From contig NC_043003.1 of the NCBI RefSeq assembly GCF_006345805.1, positions 77,128,001 to 77,192,000 of the forward strand: 64,000 nucleotides of DNA, in the 5' to 3' direction. Of the stretch, positions 24,077 through 37,260 are shown piece after piece. The stretch's first letter is position 1. Each line of letters opens with the position of its first letter. The notes under the pieces were generated by a model. That model saw only the letters and a program-made list of their open reading frames with translations. It had not been told where the DNA came from and did not search any database. The translations under genes were made by a program, and so were the position numbers. Origin of the DNA: Octopus sinensis. Its lineage: Eukaryota.

Positions 24077-24262
24077 AAGAAGAAGAAGAAGAAGAAGAAG
24101 AAAGACACAGGCGTGAAATTTGGGGCGAACATAATGAGTCGAACCCTAAAGGATGAAAGGCAAAGTCGACCTCGGCGGAATTTCAACTCAGAACTTTAAA
24201 AAGGACAAAATGCCGCTAAGCATTTTGTCCGACATACTAACGCTTCTGCCAGCTCGCCGCCT
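23816..24262 (-). mobile_element. two SINE family A copies separated by (AAT)n/(GAA)n
   Basis: Core motif twice; heads GGCGTCGAGCTGG and GGCGGCGAGCTGGC. Confidence 0.88.
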
Positions 24263-24263
24263 C

Positions 24264-24326
<63 letters not shown>

Positions 24327-24333
24327 AATAATA

Positions 24334-24402
<69 letters not shown>
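24263..24402 (+). repeat. (AAT)n microsatellite
   Basis: Visible tandem units. Confidence 0.98.
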
Positions 24403-24404
<2 letters not shown>

Positions 24405-24689
24405 GTCGGGAACGTAGCAAAGGATAAAAAAATGTTGACTTTGTATTCTTCAACAAATCAGAGACCAGACGCTTGTCCATCATATTTTCATTAACGTTTA
24501 ATATCTGATTGATTGATTTGCGTTTTTTGTGTGTCTGTTTTTTCTTTCTTTTTTTTTCTTTCGTAAAGCTTCTAAAATAATCGATAATAGACAGATGTAA
24601 ACAGATATGATATAACAAGAAACAGACACACGTAAAGTAAGTAAATGGATTTCAGTCGACTTCGACGATGAATATTATAGTTTTTTTAT

Positions 24690-24860
24690 CTTTTACTTGT
24701 TTTAGTTATTGGAATGCGACCAAGCTAGAGTACCATATTCAAGTAATTTTAGCCGAAAGAATAGTCATCCGTAATTATTTTGTTTTTTACTCAGTACCTA
24801 TTCTATCGGTTGGTTTTGCCGCACCGCTAGTTTACGAAGACGTAAAGAAACCAACACAGA
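24690..24860 (-). mobile_element. SINE family B 3' part, degenerate
   Basis: TTTTACTTGTTTTAGTTATTGGAATGCG...TATTCTATCGG...TTTTGCCGCACCGCTA, similar to 26340-26490. Confidence 0.65.
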
Positions 24861-24878
24861 TCGCATACCCTATATATA

Positions 24879-24985
<107 letters not shown>

Positions 24986-25654
24986 TAAAGTCAATCGCCA
25001 CTCCAAAGTGGCTGTTCCATGTTACTACTAGCTATATATATATATACGCGCGCGTGTGTGTATATGTGTATACATATACATATATATATATGTATATATA
25101 TATATATGTGTGTGTGTATGTATGTATGTATGTATGTATGTATGTATGTATGTATGTATGTATGTATGTATGTCAAAAAGTTTACGTAAACAGAATAAGC
25201 GGGAAAATATACAAAAACATTACAAGCAGAAAATTCGTAGCTTATTCTTCATCAGTCAACGTCCAAATGATCATGATAATTTCGTACCTTTAACGTTGAT
25301 ATTGTTCATTTTTGGTGGCGCAAGTGGGGAAAAGCGCCTGGGAATGGCTAACGAATGTACACAGAAAACAAACATAGCAAAATAAAACACATATACGACA
25401 AAACAAGATGTGCGGCCGCAAGATGACGAATATGGAGTAGCGCAAAGTAAAAAGAAAATGTCCTGCAGGACTGGAGACGAAAAATGAAGAGATAGAAAAT
25501 CAGAAAGAAGTAAAGTATTGGAGAAGGAAAAAGAGGGAAAGAGAATGGGAGGCAGGCAAAAGTGAGGTAAATAAGGAAAAAGAGACCTAAAATAGACATT
25601 TTACAAATGGGTTAAAAGGTCAGAAGTGCATAACGTGTATATATATATAAATAT

Positions 25655-25830
25655 GTATATTTTTTCTCTCCTTGTTTCTCTCTTTGTTTTTTCTGTGTCC
25701 CTTTCTGTAGAAGAGCGTAGGCTCGAAACGTAAAAGACTTTTTCTATTCCTGAGCGTTATACTAATACATCTGTTTGTTTTGTGCACCACCTGTCTTCGT
25801 TTTTTTTTTTTTTTCGCAAACTCTCCCTAT
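25655..25830 (+). mobile_element. Penelope-like terminal repeat fragment with minimal hammerhead-like motif
   Basis: CTTT-CTGTAGA-A-GAGCGTAGGCTC-GAAAC-GTA-AAAG at 25701-25736; near-identical copy at 42235-42390. Confidence 0.6.
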
Positions 25831-26329
25831 ATATATACGTATATATCTGTATGTATGTATATATATATGTATATATACATACATATATGTATGTATGTAT
25901 ATATACATGCATGTTCTAGATCGAGAAGATATGCGATGAAATACAATTCAAGCACGACTATCCTATCTTTTTAAGTGTATCTAGAAATAGATTGTCTTAT
26001 TTCTTCAAGACTATAAGGTCAATTCAGCAAAATGAATGACTGTTTAAAGGTTCCCTGTTTATCTCAACAACATTTTCTTACTATTGATGCTATGTTTATA
26101 GAGTGGCATTGTCAAGCGCTCACACGAAACAATTCTTTCCATCAGGTCTGTGTTGATTTGGTTTTTTAAAGATATTCTTTTTATAATAATATTAAATTCA
26201 ACAAAATATTTTGAAAAATATCGTTACTATGACTATATCGAGAAATTTTTCAAAAGATATATTCATGGTCTTTCTTAGAATATCATATTTGTTTATAATG
26301 TTCTTTCTGTATGCGTTCATCTATACTCT

Positions 26330-26795
26330 TACTCTTTACTCTTTTACTTGTTTCAGTCATTTGACTGTGGCCATGCTGGAGCACCGCCTTTAGTCTGACA
26401 AATCGACCCCAGGACTTATTTTTTTGTAAGCCTAGTACTTATTCTATCGGATCTCTTGCCGAACCGCTAAGTTACGGGGACGTAAACACACCAGCATCGG
26501 TTGTCAAGCGGTGTTGGGGGACAAACACAGACACACAAACGTACACACACACACATACATACATATACATACATATATATATATATTATATATATATATA
26601 TTATATATATATATATATATACATATATATACAACGGACTTCTTTCGGTTTCCGTCTACCAAATCCACTGACAAGGCTTTAGTCGGCCCAAGGCTATAGT
26701 AGACGACACTTGCCCAAGGTGCCATGCAGTGGGACTGAACCCGGAACCATGTGGTTCGTAGAAAAGCTATTTACCACACAGTCACTTGTACGCCT
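26330..26795 (-). mobile_element. tRNA-derived SINE family B, full length, internal (CA)/(TA) microsatellite
   Basis: Reverse complement head GTGACTGTGTGGTAA (A box), GGTTCAGTCCC (B box), GGCACCTTGGGCAAG; five more copies in the window. Confidence 0.92.
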
Positions 26796-28469
26796 ATAAG
26801 AAGTGACTGTGTGGTAAATTTGAATTTAACTCATTTTGGATTATCCTGAAAACGTTGTGTTAGCATATATTTTCAGATATTTCAATTTGACTGGTATTTT
26901 GCACCTTTTTCTATATCTAAATATTCTGGCACAAGAGAAACGATCGTCGGTTATATATGGCGTAATCATCAATTAAAGATGTAAACTTTCTCTATTCTTG
27001 TTCTTGTCACATACTGGATTTTTTTTTTGTTTGAAATTCTTCTAAGCGATATTTGAAATTACTAGTCATACAGGAAAAATTATCTTGGATGCTAATTTTA
27101 TTTGTATTTATCGGTATCTGATTACCTAATATAGTTAACCAAATTTGCTTAGCACTGAGCGCTTTCTAGATATCTGCCTGGATTTAATTATCGCTTTAAC
27201 CTCTAATTATGTGTGTGTTATATGTGTAGTGGGAGGTAGGTATGTTGGTTTATCATATGTCTCGGTGTGATCAGGATTGTTCCAGCTTATTAACGCTGTC
27301 TCCGCCGGTTTGAAATTATGTACTGATTTTTTCGGAAATCTGTTGAGATTTTTATCTTGTTTATTCAGAAAAGTCTCTAGTTATTGATACTAATTAGTTT
27401 TTCTAGCGCAATAACCCAACCAGGATTTGAAACGAAAACACTCTGCTTCATTCACATACATAAACCATAATATTTAGAATTACTCTTTTCATTAAAGAAA
27501 TAAGCAGATGGCATTTGAGAAACCAGATCGATTCTAGAACAATCAAGTTGGCTGCAGTAAATTTTTATGGCCTGAGAAAAACAGTGGGGTTCTTTGAAAT
27601 CTGATCCCCCTGCATATTAACAATTAGTAATATTAGGCCTTATATAAGACCTGGTTTTCATGAAAAATAGTGAGAAATCGCACATCTTGGACCATTCAGT
27701 TCGTGCCACAAATAGTTCACCAAAATTGTTTGAGAAGCCTGTACGACTCACCACAGACAACTAACCGAGACAATTCTCTTTGTTTCTGTAAGCTATCTTT
27801 TAATGTCTTGATCAAGCTACAGAGAAATACCAGATAACTTCTGGATTTTTGACAACCAAGCTTAATTCTAGTTACCCTAACAGACACATATATGGAAATA
27901 TACAACTCCTCTCCTGCGAGTATTCATTTTTTTTTTTTTTTGCATTGCACACATGCGCATACGGACTTTTGCTTAAATTACAATGAATATTTTCTTTGTT
28001 TCATGAATAAGCAACTCGATTTGTATATTTCATCGCTGTTTTTCTTGCTAAATTATTCACCGTATAAATTTCTCCAGGTGTTGGTTCGTCCCAGAATGGA
28101 TCAATCTTATATTTTTATATTTTATACATATTTCCCTTCAAAATATTTTATCTGCTGTTACAATGCCGAAGAGAACATATACATTTACGAAAGAGCCCGA
28201 AAAGGAGTACTTTTTTTCTAAAAGAATCCTCTGTGCTAACAGAGTAAAAAAGAATCCTCTGTGCTAACAGAGTGATCACTATTTCAAAGAGGTATCTGTG
28301 ATATATGGAGTTTGATCGGAAATTTAGTTCACTTAAAATCTTAAAGGAATGAAGCAAGTTCTGTTACTAGTTCGTCACGATTAGATATTATTTTATTTAA
28401 CACATCATAAATAATCGAAATGAAGTTTCCCCTTTACTGCTAAAGAAGCCATTTCTCACCGTTTCTCAT

Positions 28470-30110
28470 AAATTGAGGTTCAAGACATCGGACTATTCGT
28501 CAAAGCTGGCCTCAAAATTTTTTTTTTTTTTTGAAAAAAAGTTTCGTCGTGATGAAAGTGAAAGCAAAACTTTTGATGTAATTTCACGAATGGCGAAATT
28601 CTCTCTTGATAAAGGTCTAGAAATTTCTATAGATGGTTCAAATCAAAAGGCGTTTAAAAAGGTACTTTTAATTATTCGATATTTCATTCCTAGTCAAGGA
28701 GTACAAGCCAAAGTTCTGGATATGCAGTGTTCCAGCTAGAACTGCTGAGATCTTAACTGATACCTTATTCACAGTTATTGACAATCACTGGTTTACGGGA
28801 AAAGTCGCTAGGCTCTGTGGAAACAACTGCTACACAAATTTTGTTATGTATAGCAAAAAACAAGAGCAATATATTTAGCGAATTAAAAATCAAACTTGAA
28901 AGGGACCTTGTTAGCGGTGTCTGTGCTGCACACATTATGCGCAACTGTCTCCAAACAGCTGTTGATCCATTACCTATTGATATCGAATTATTTGCAAAAA
29001 TTCTCATATATTTTCACATATACACAGTACATATAATGCAGCTTAAAGAATGTTGTGACTTTGCCGAAGCGCTACAGAAAAAGTTATTTTTTACAACATC
29101 GTAAAACCAGATTTTTGTCAATGTTCTCAGTGGTTGAACGAATTCATTTTTGCTGGCTCGAAATCACTGTTCGGGACTGATAAAATAATTATTTGCAAAC
29201 AATGTTAGAGAACTGTATTTTTGGTTTGCATATGGACAGCTTAACATTTTCAACAAATCTATTCTGGCCAAAGAGAAGACTATTTCAAACAGCAGATATC
29301 AAACACTAAATACCAAATCTAATTACAAATATAGAAGAAAGAAAAAAACTGAGAAAATGTACCAGAAAATGGTGAAAGCATTAAAAAAGAATTTAAATGA
29401 TTTTATAAAAGATAGCTCTCATACCTTGACCTATAGTAAGAGAACTTTGAACAGGCGGAAAGCACAGCATGGTTAAATTCTGGAGAAATATTTGGTTTGA
29501 GCCGTCTGCAGTTAAGATTAAACACAGAAGTAGAAAGCAAAGAAATAAATACTGGTTTCAAATTTTGGTACAAGGCTAGCAATTTGGTGGGAAGGTGTAA
29601 GTTGATTAACCCTAATCATAATTTAGCCCGATATTCAACTTGTACATATTTTATCGACCCCGAAAGGATGAAGAGGCAAAGTCGACCTTGACAGAATTTA
29701 AACACAGAGCATGAAGACGGGCGAAATGCCGCTGAGTATTCTGGAAAGCATGAATTTGTTATTGCAAAGGGTTTGGGGCTTCTGAAGCAGAAGTCTTGAC
29801 AACACAGAAGTTTGAAGAAAAGTGACAAATTGTTTTTGATCATTGTAATGAAAAGCACATGAGTAACACATCTTTGTGCCGTAGTGGATTACCTTCTTTG
29901 ATTTCTTGGTTCTTCTGCACCAGTTGAACGAGTGTTTTCTGTAATAAATAATATAAGCCCAGATGGGAAGGGTAATGTGGCAGAAGCTGCAATCAATGTC
30001 TATCTGATGACTAAACATTCCACGAAGCAGCCTAGAATTTTTGACAAATTTAAAAACTATAATGAATTTCTTAGAAATGTAGTTTTCAATTGAAAAAATA
30101 CGGAAGTATT
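28470..30110 (+). pseudogene. decayed hAT transposase interrupted by a SINE
   Basis: Frames give SIDGSNQK...LIIRYFIPSQGVQAKVL, GVCAAHIMRNCLQTAVDPLPIDIE...YFHIYTV, TRFLSMF and, at ~29900, LGSSAPVERVFS (hAT dimerisation motif); many stops and frameshifts. Confidence 0.8.
29545..29745 (-). mobile_element. SINE family A inserted in the hAT relic
   Basis: TTTATCGACCCCGAAAGGATGAAGAGGCAAAGTCGACC. Confidence 0.85.
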
Positions 30111-30515
30111 GATGATTGAATAAAACATTTCTTGTCAATAAAATCGTCTTTAGTTTAATTCATTTTTAAATGCTACTGTTCTACTTGACAATATTTTGTC
30201 AAGTAGTTAAGTGCTGTCGAATAAAAAATAGCAGATTTGTAGATCTTCTGTTTTTGTTCTCCATTTTTCTATGTCCCTCAACCTTCTAAGTGATAAACAC
30301 AAATCGAATACCTGACCAGTTCACATGTATCACTTCTCCACTGAATATGAATATATCAAAAGAAAACGGGCAATTACGTTAATATATTTACTGTAAAGAA
30401 TCTGCGGCTCCTCTGGTCGGTGTGAAGAGGAGATCCGATTTCACTTAATACCCAACCTAGACGGTACGGATCCTCAGACCTTGTGATATATTTATGAGGG
30501 TGTGTGTGCGTGTAT

Positions 30516-30568
<53 letters not shown>

Positions 30569-30736
30569 TGTGTGCGTGTGTGTGTGCGTTTGCGTGTTTG
30601 TATATATGTATGTATTTTAAGTCCAAATTGTTGCTTATTTTAATATTTCTATATATATATTAATTTACATATGCAATCTGTATAACTATTACAGTTCATG
30701 TATGTATGTAAGTATAATTGTATGTATGTATGTATA

Positions 30737-31299
30737 CAGAGTGGCCCAAAAGTAGGTTTACAGTTATTCAATTATCTCTTTCGCATTCATATATTAACAG
30801 TTTAGATCTTAATTATAAAATAATTACGAAACCATTATTCAGCAAGATGAAGCACCTCCACATTATGCCTTGACATTAAGAGACTACCTTAACCAAGCCT
30901 TTCCATAGCGTTGGTTTCGAAGACGGAACAGCATCGAATTACCACAACATTCACCTGACCTGACACCAATGGATTTCTTTTTGTGGTGTGTTGTAAAGAA
31001 CAAAAGTTTATGGGAAGAATTATAAGTGAATTAAAAGATTACATTTCTGACGCATTCACTGAAATTGTTGGAGATAGGAACTTGTGCCGCACTGTGTATC
31101 AGAGTGTTCTTGAAGACGTCTGAAGAATGTTGCAATGTTGAAGAAGGACATATTGAGCATCTGAGAGATTAAATGTTGTCTGTTTAAGATGTGCATGAAC
31201 AATATGATTGTAAGATAGAAACTTAAATGTAATAAAATGTTTTAAAAGAAACTTAAATTGCCTACGTGATAACTGTAAACTTACTTGTGGACCAGCCTG
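30737..31299 (+). mobile_element. internally deleted Tc1/mariner-superfamily element with TIRs and TA TSD
   Basis: TIRs CAGAGTGGCCCAAAAGTAGGTTTACAGTT / AACTGTAAACTTACTTGTGGACCAGCCTG with TA on both sides; internal QQDEAPPHY...HSPDLTPMDFFLW.VVKNK. Confidence 0.85.
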
Positions 31300-32244
31300 T
31301 ACGTGTGTGTGTATGCACATACATACAGAAACACACACACATACACATACATAGAGAGAGAGCGACAGACAGACAGAAACAGACACACAGAGAGAAAGAA
31401 GGAGAGAAAGACAGAGGTACACGCGCGCACACGCTCTTGAGGAATACATATTCGACGTCTTACCTTCTCTGTGCATATAGCACAGATATCTGCTGCATAT
31501 ATTTTAGATATGTTCACCAAACCGTTGTCTTTTCTATGCAGTTGGGGATACCTATCAGAATAACTCACCAACTTCTATTAATGTCTATGTCAATATATTT
31601 TAGTTTTAGTGTCCAGCAAATTCAGTCAGTCGTTAGTTCTAATCTCTTAAGGCCCTCATCATGCCCGCTAGACCTAATTAGATTAGGGTCTTACTGTGTA
31701 TGTTACCTGTTACAGTGGTTGCTTTATTCAACAACTTTAATGTTTCTCACATCTATTTGCTTTGTTTCTTTTCTTTTTTCTTCAATCTTATGTTATTTAT
31801 CTGTTTTGATTTTCGTTTCACGTCTTTTACGTCTTTCTTTTCTTACTTCATTTTTCTTTGCTATTTTTAAACTTTTTCATCTCTTTTTCTTATCGTACTT
31901 TTCTCTATCTTTCTTCTTTATACTTCTTATGTTCTCTTCTCTTCAATTTCTGTGTCTGTTTAACTTTCTGTCTTTCTACAACTTCAACGTGATTATTATT
32001 CCGGCATGATCTACAATTATTTGCGCTATTATTCTAGTATATCTGACAGAAGACTTCCGTCCCTTGATGGCGGATACTGTTGCATCTGATAACTCAGTTT
32101 GTTGGTTCGAACTGTATTCACTCAGAAGAGAAGTTTTTGTGTGTGTTTTTTTTTCTATGTGAGGTATTCATGACACAAATGTATTGGTCAGTTAATAGCA
32201 AACATTTATGCTTTATTCATCGTAGTGCTTCAATTTGTCATTCT

Positions 32245-32290
<46 letters not shown>

Positions 32291-32379
32291 TCTGTGACTA
32301 CTTCTGCCACAGCGTAATCTTTATATTTTAACAGTTTCGAATAGAAACTAATTCCTAGGGGGAATGTTGTTGCTGCAGC

Positions 32380-33050
32380 TATGTTAAATGTATTACATCT
32401 TTCGCCATATTCCTTCATGCTACCTTGCAGGGCTTTCTGATGAGCTTGAGAACTAGTGCAAAATGTTAATAATTGATGCCTTAAAAGGTTGTTTGACAGT
32501 CAATAATTCCCTGTCACTTTCCCTTCTTAGAACGTACAGTTGTTCAACGTCAGATTTTTTGTGGAATTTATGAGAATTATTTAGTAGTTTCTTCACGTTG
32601 CAATCTAATGTGTTAATTTTTTTTATGATCAATTCCAATTCCACAGAATTATATACTGTAGCTTTTACTGCAATTACATTTCTGGCATAGATAATGGTCC
32701 GTCTATTTAACTATGTTTTTAGTATAAAGTCTTCATGTGTCAAAATGTACGTTCATCTTCTCGTTAGCTTTCGCACAGGGAACTCTTTTCATTCACACCC
32801 AAATTCTTATGGAATGTAAATTATCCAGCATCTGTTCGATTTCCATTAATGTTTTCTGAGATGGTTCAGATTAAAGTAACATTCTTCCATACTGTATTTA
32901 TAAATTTCTACATTAATTCGGTTCCAAAATTCATTTAAATTATTTTCCTTTGCTGAAGGAGACTTTCTGATCATTTACTGATAAACAATGTTAAGAATAC
33001 AAATAAGACATTCAAAGCACATTGCCTTCCCCCTTTTTTATATTCACTAT
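32380..33050 (-). mobile_element. old R4/Dong RT-to-thumb fragment
   Basis: HCLSVNDQKV (HLL.MDDLKL-like), YKNLGVNEK and LDCNVKKLLNNSHKFHKKSDVEQLYVLRRESDRELL (LDRK.RK....FH.KSDV.RLY..R..GGRGL-like). Confidence 0.6.
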
Positions 33051-34299
33051 TGTAAATTGGGAGTAGAAGCGAAATGGTTGAGTCTATTATACATTTCACT
33101 TCCTGCAAGTGAACTCGTTAAGTCTATTGTACATTCGACTACTTATGAATTCAGATCATGAACATTTCTAGATAAAACTCTTTATTCTGCAGTGTTTCAC
33201 CTTACCATCTTTTGGAAATATATCCCAAATCACTGAAAAATCTAAACAGACTGTATTTCGGTAACTATCTACAGAGAGATTTATTTATCCGTCCTTTGGT
33301 TTTATAACAGCAGATCTACACACAACTGGTCCTTAAACTTCCGTCATGGCTCTAGAGTGACAAGTTATGTATAGATAGCTGGTAACCCTTAATCGACAAT
33401 ATAAATTTTGAGGCTTTCTGGGTGGCAGGTAATCCTTGTCTTAACCAAATGTCAATGATTATTATTGTTATTTCGGTTGACGATACAGTATTGATTGTTG
33501 CAGTAGTTAAGCTGCTTCTGGAACACATTTGATACTTTTTAATAGCAGTATAGTTAAACCAGTTTTATAGCTGTGTAATTCCACAAACAGATACATGTAT
33601 CAACATTCATCAAGTTAAATAAAGGTAGGGATGTGTTGGTAAGCAGATTATTTCTAAACCTTTCGCGTGATTAACTCAACAATTAACTGTAGTCACAGGA
33701 ATAATTAAAGTATTTTTACTGCTTAATCCGGAGATTATGTGTGTGTATGCATGTGTATGCGTGCGTGTGTGCGCGTACGCATGTGTGTTGTTATAATTTA
33801 TTCGTAGGAGGAAAGAAAGCCCTAAAACCTTTTCTAAGCGCTTTGAAACTGACAGAATGAAGGGAAAAGATACTTGGTTTGATTGTTTACAACAGATTGA
33901 GCTGCGTTAAAACGAAGCTAAGGATCAAAAAGAAAAAAGAAAAAAAAGGTGTTAGTTGTGAATGTATTTGATAAGTCGTGTGGACAATGTCCCCAAACAT
34001 CAGGAAGTGATTCTAATTTGAAGTTACTCAAAAAAATTTCAGAAAACAGCAGGTTGAATAAGCCCAGATTTGTGAGTCTATATTAAAATGGGTTGGGGCG
34101 TAATGTGGAATTTAATCTACGAAATTAATGTCATAAAACTTCCTTCATTATCCGATTTCCAAATGAATCGTGAATCTTTACGGTAAGAGAGCTTTTTAAC
34201 AAAATTAATCTATTTCCGAATTTTAAGATTTGTCTTACACCATGGTGAACAAAGAAAAGTTATATTAGTGCAAATTCTTTTGCATCTTCCTATTATTAT

Positions 34300-34600
34300 T
34301 TAGGAGAAAAGAGCAAAAGTTTCACTGTTTTTAGTTGAGGATGGTGGCATTGGTGAGTTTGAGAGCTGCTGTACTAATGTACTAATATAGTATAGGTTAT
34401 CAACTAAAGATTCTTTAATTCTTATGATTTCCTTATTTAAAGATTCTTTTGTGAATGAATATTTAAATATTTCTCTCAGAAGGGATTTGATCACAGACAT
34501 GTTATATCTATGAGGACACTCACTATTCACGTGAAAGCTAAAGAACCTAATTCAGACAATCAATGCAATATACGAATTTCGTGTTAAGATCAAGAGGAAT
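34300..34600 (-). mobile_element. possible Penelope-like RT C-terminal fragment
   Basis: NSECPHRYNMSVIKSLLREIFKYSFTKESLNKEIIRIKESLVDNLY resembles the Penelope-type pattern S.CP..YK.SVI.....RA........F..E...IK..L..N.Y. Confidence 0.45.
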
Positions 34601-35215
34601 GCTAATGAACATTGTCACAGTATTCATTATCTTCAACGTCATAGTATTCATTATCTCCCTCAACGACAATAACAGCATATGAAAGAATCATAATGTTCAC
34701 CGAGAGAAGTGACAAAGACAACATGAAATCAACGAGAATAAGAACAAAAACAATCAATTACAACAAAAACGAAAACAACCTCAGCACCACCACCATCAAC
34801 AACAACAAGAACAGTAACAACAACAATGATCAGATCATAATCAGCGAAATAACAATAAATGAAGTGGAAATAAAAAAAATATATATACAGCAAACCACAT
34901 CATGAAAAATGGCCGCCAGAACGGAAACAATAACAACGATGATGACAATAATGTGAACGGCAACAACCACTACAATACTACTAGCTCTTCTACTAGATCA
35001 ATTACAACTATAGGAAAAAAGAATAACAGCAACTGCTAGAACAATAACAACAAAACTTCATCATTTGCTGTAAATGAACGCCATAACGCCAAAAATTAAG
35101 AAACTGTCCTTCCATCCGCCATAACTTTATCTATTTTGAGCTTGGTTGATTTCCTATTTTGTCTGAGAAATTCGTTCAAGATGTCAAAAATGTAAAAGCG
35201 AAAGATGCGGTGGTC

Positions 35216-35216
<1 letters not shown>

Positions 35217-35278
<62 letters not shown>
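35217..35278 (+). repeat. (GTA)n microsatellite
   Basis: About 20 tandem GTA units. Confidence 0.97.
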
Positions 35279-36185
35279 CGGTGATGGTTGTGGTGATGGT
35301 AGTGGGGTTATAGAATCAAATGGGTAGGGGAAAATCAGAAGTCAATTTGTAATAGGAATTGAGTGATTAGTGGCGTTCAGTTTAGCATAATTTTCTCTCT
35401 GTTTTACTGGAACTAATTGTGCCAACAAATATATTGTTTAATTTTGATTTTATTGTTATATAGTTGTTGTTGCTGTTGTTGATGATGATGATATTGTGTG
35501 TCGTTATTTTTCTTCTATTTTTTTGTATTGCTCTTGTTGTTTTGATGCTAGATTTATATTTTGTTTGACTCATTGTTGTTTTATTGAATTTGTCGTCTTG
35601 TTTTATCGTTCTTAATTCTAATTTGTTAGCCGCCATCTTTGATCGTCTGCAAATTTGCGTTGTTTGCCGGTCGAAAGATTTCGCGACATGAATTCAAAGA
35701 TTTATGCAGGAAAGCCAGGAAATAATTATACTGATTGCTAGGTAAGTGAGACAGAAGAGATGAGTAATCTTATATATGTGCAAATGCGTGTATCTAAGAG
35801 GAAAAGAGAGAAAGACAGACAGATTTAGACATAGAACTGTAGGTATACCTGTCTGTGTGTCTGAGAAAGTGTGTATACCTTTTTGCATGATAGAGAAATA
35901 GGTTAATGTGCGAGGGGGTAAGTGCGTGTGTTGGAGTGTGTATTTGTGAGAGGAACAGGGAGAGAATGAGTATGTGTGTGTATATGTGTGTATGCGCGTG
36001 TGCACGTGTATTTTTGTGTATGCATGTGAATGTTCATGTATGTGAATATATTTGTATGCTTCAGACAGTTAAAGGTTTTCCGTTAAACTTTGATATTGGA
36101 CAGTTTTCTTGTTTGATCGTGTACGAGCCTGTGTGCACGACTTCTCGTAACAATCAATGTGCATTTGTGTGACTCTGTGTGTGTG

Positions 36186-36224
<39 letters not shown>

Positions 36225-37146
36225 CTGTGCGTGTGTGTGCGTGAGTGTGATGTTTCCTCGAGTTCAAATGATGAGCGGGACAGGTCAGATTATTAGAATC
36301 TATATTTTGTGAGAAATTCTATAGGATTTTGTATCCTTTTAGTCTCAGAACATATGAATGTCGTAGATTGGAGTTATAAAAGATATCATAAGGTTATTTA
36401 GTGAAATACTTTGACGAATTACAGTTGGCACAATCACTAACATCGTTATATTTTTTAAATACAAATAAATGCTGCTCTTACCTTAAACTTATTGAAAGAT
36501 TGTTTTACATTCATAATTATTCTAACCACTCTCCTCAATATTCTACAAAATTGAATCCCTAAGATTAGTAAATAGTATCTTCATTTTTCTTAAAGCATTA
36601 CAAAAACATACACACAGTATCTTGCTGAATAACTATGAAGGTATATCTTTACATCTCCAATAAGTTCACAAACTTAATGCTCCTAGGTATAAATAAAAGA
36701 CTGTCCTTATTTTTGATGCACAAATCCAGTCAGCATGGGTTAGAAGCTACGGCATTCGCAATGCAAGAACATTGCTGCTAGATTTATGGGGAAACGTTTG
36801 CTGAAGTAACCTTTCAATTGTAATCTATCGCAACTATTGCGAAATTTTTTCACATGAAATCCTTAACGTACAATAGTGTTAAAACGAAGTGGTACCGAAA
36901 CAATTGCAACTAAGAATAAAAATGTGCAAAATTCATTTGCCGTCTTCTTATTTGGATTTTATGTTGCTCTTCGAAAGGCCTACACAATGGTTTTACCGAT
37001 GAAGTAACTTGAATTTCTGAAACATAAACTTAATATATGCTTCGGGATTCCAACTCGAAAATGTAGATAGCCATGAGTTTGAATTGAATCCTGCAATGGA
37101 AACACCACGCTGACTTGCTATCCTATCCTATCGGGAGCTACAATGT

Positions 37147-37163
37147 GTATGTGTGTGTGTGTG

Positions 37164-37253
<90 letters not shown>

Positions 37254-37260
37254 GTGTGTG
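37147..37260 (+). repeat. (TG)n microsatellite
   Basis: Visible tandem units. Confidence 0.98.

Noticed and set aside
28220-28273. 28-bp tandem duplication
   Set aside because: Two-copy slippage product with no further structure.
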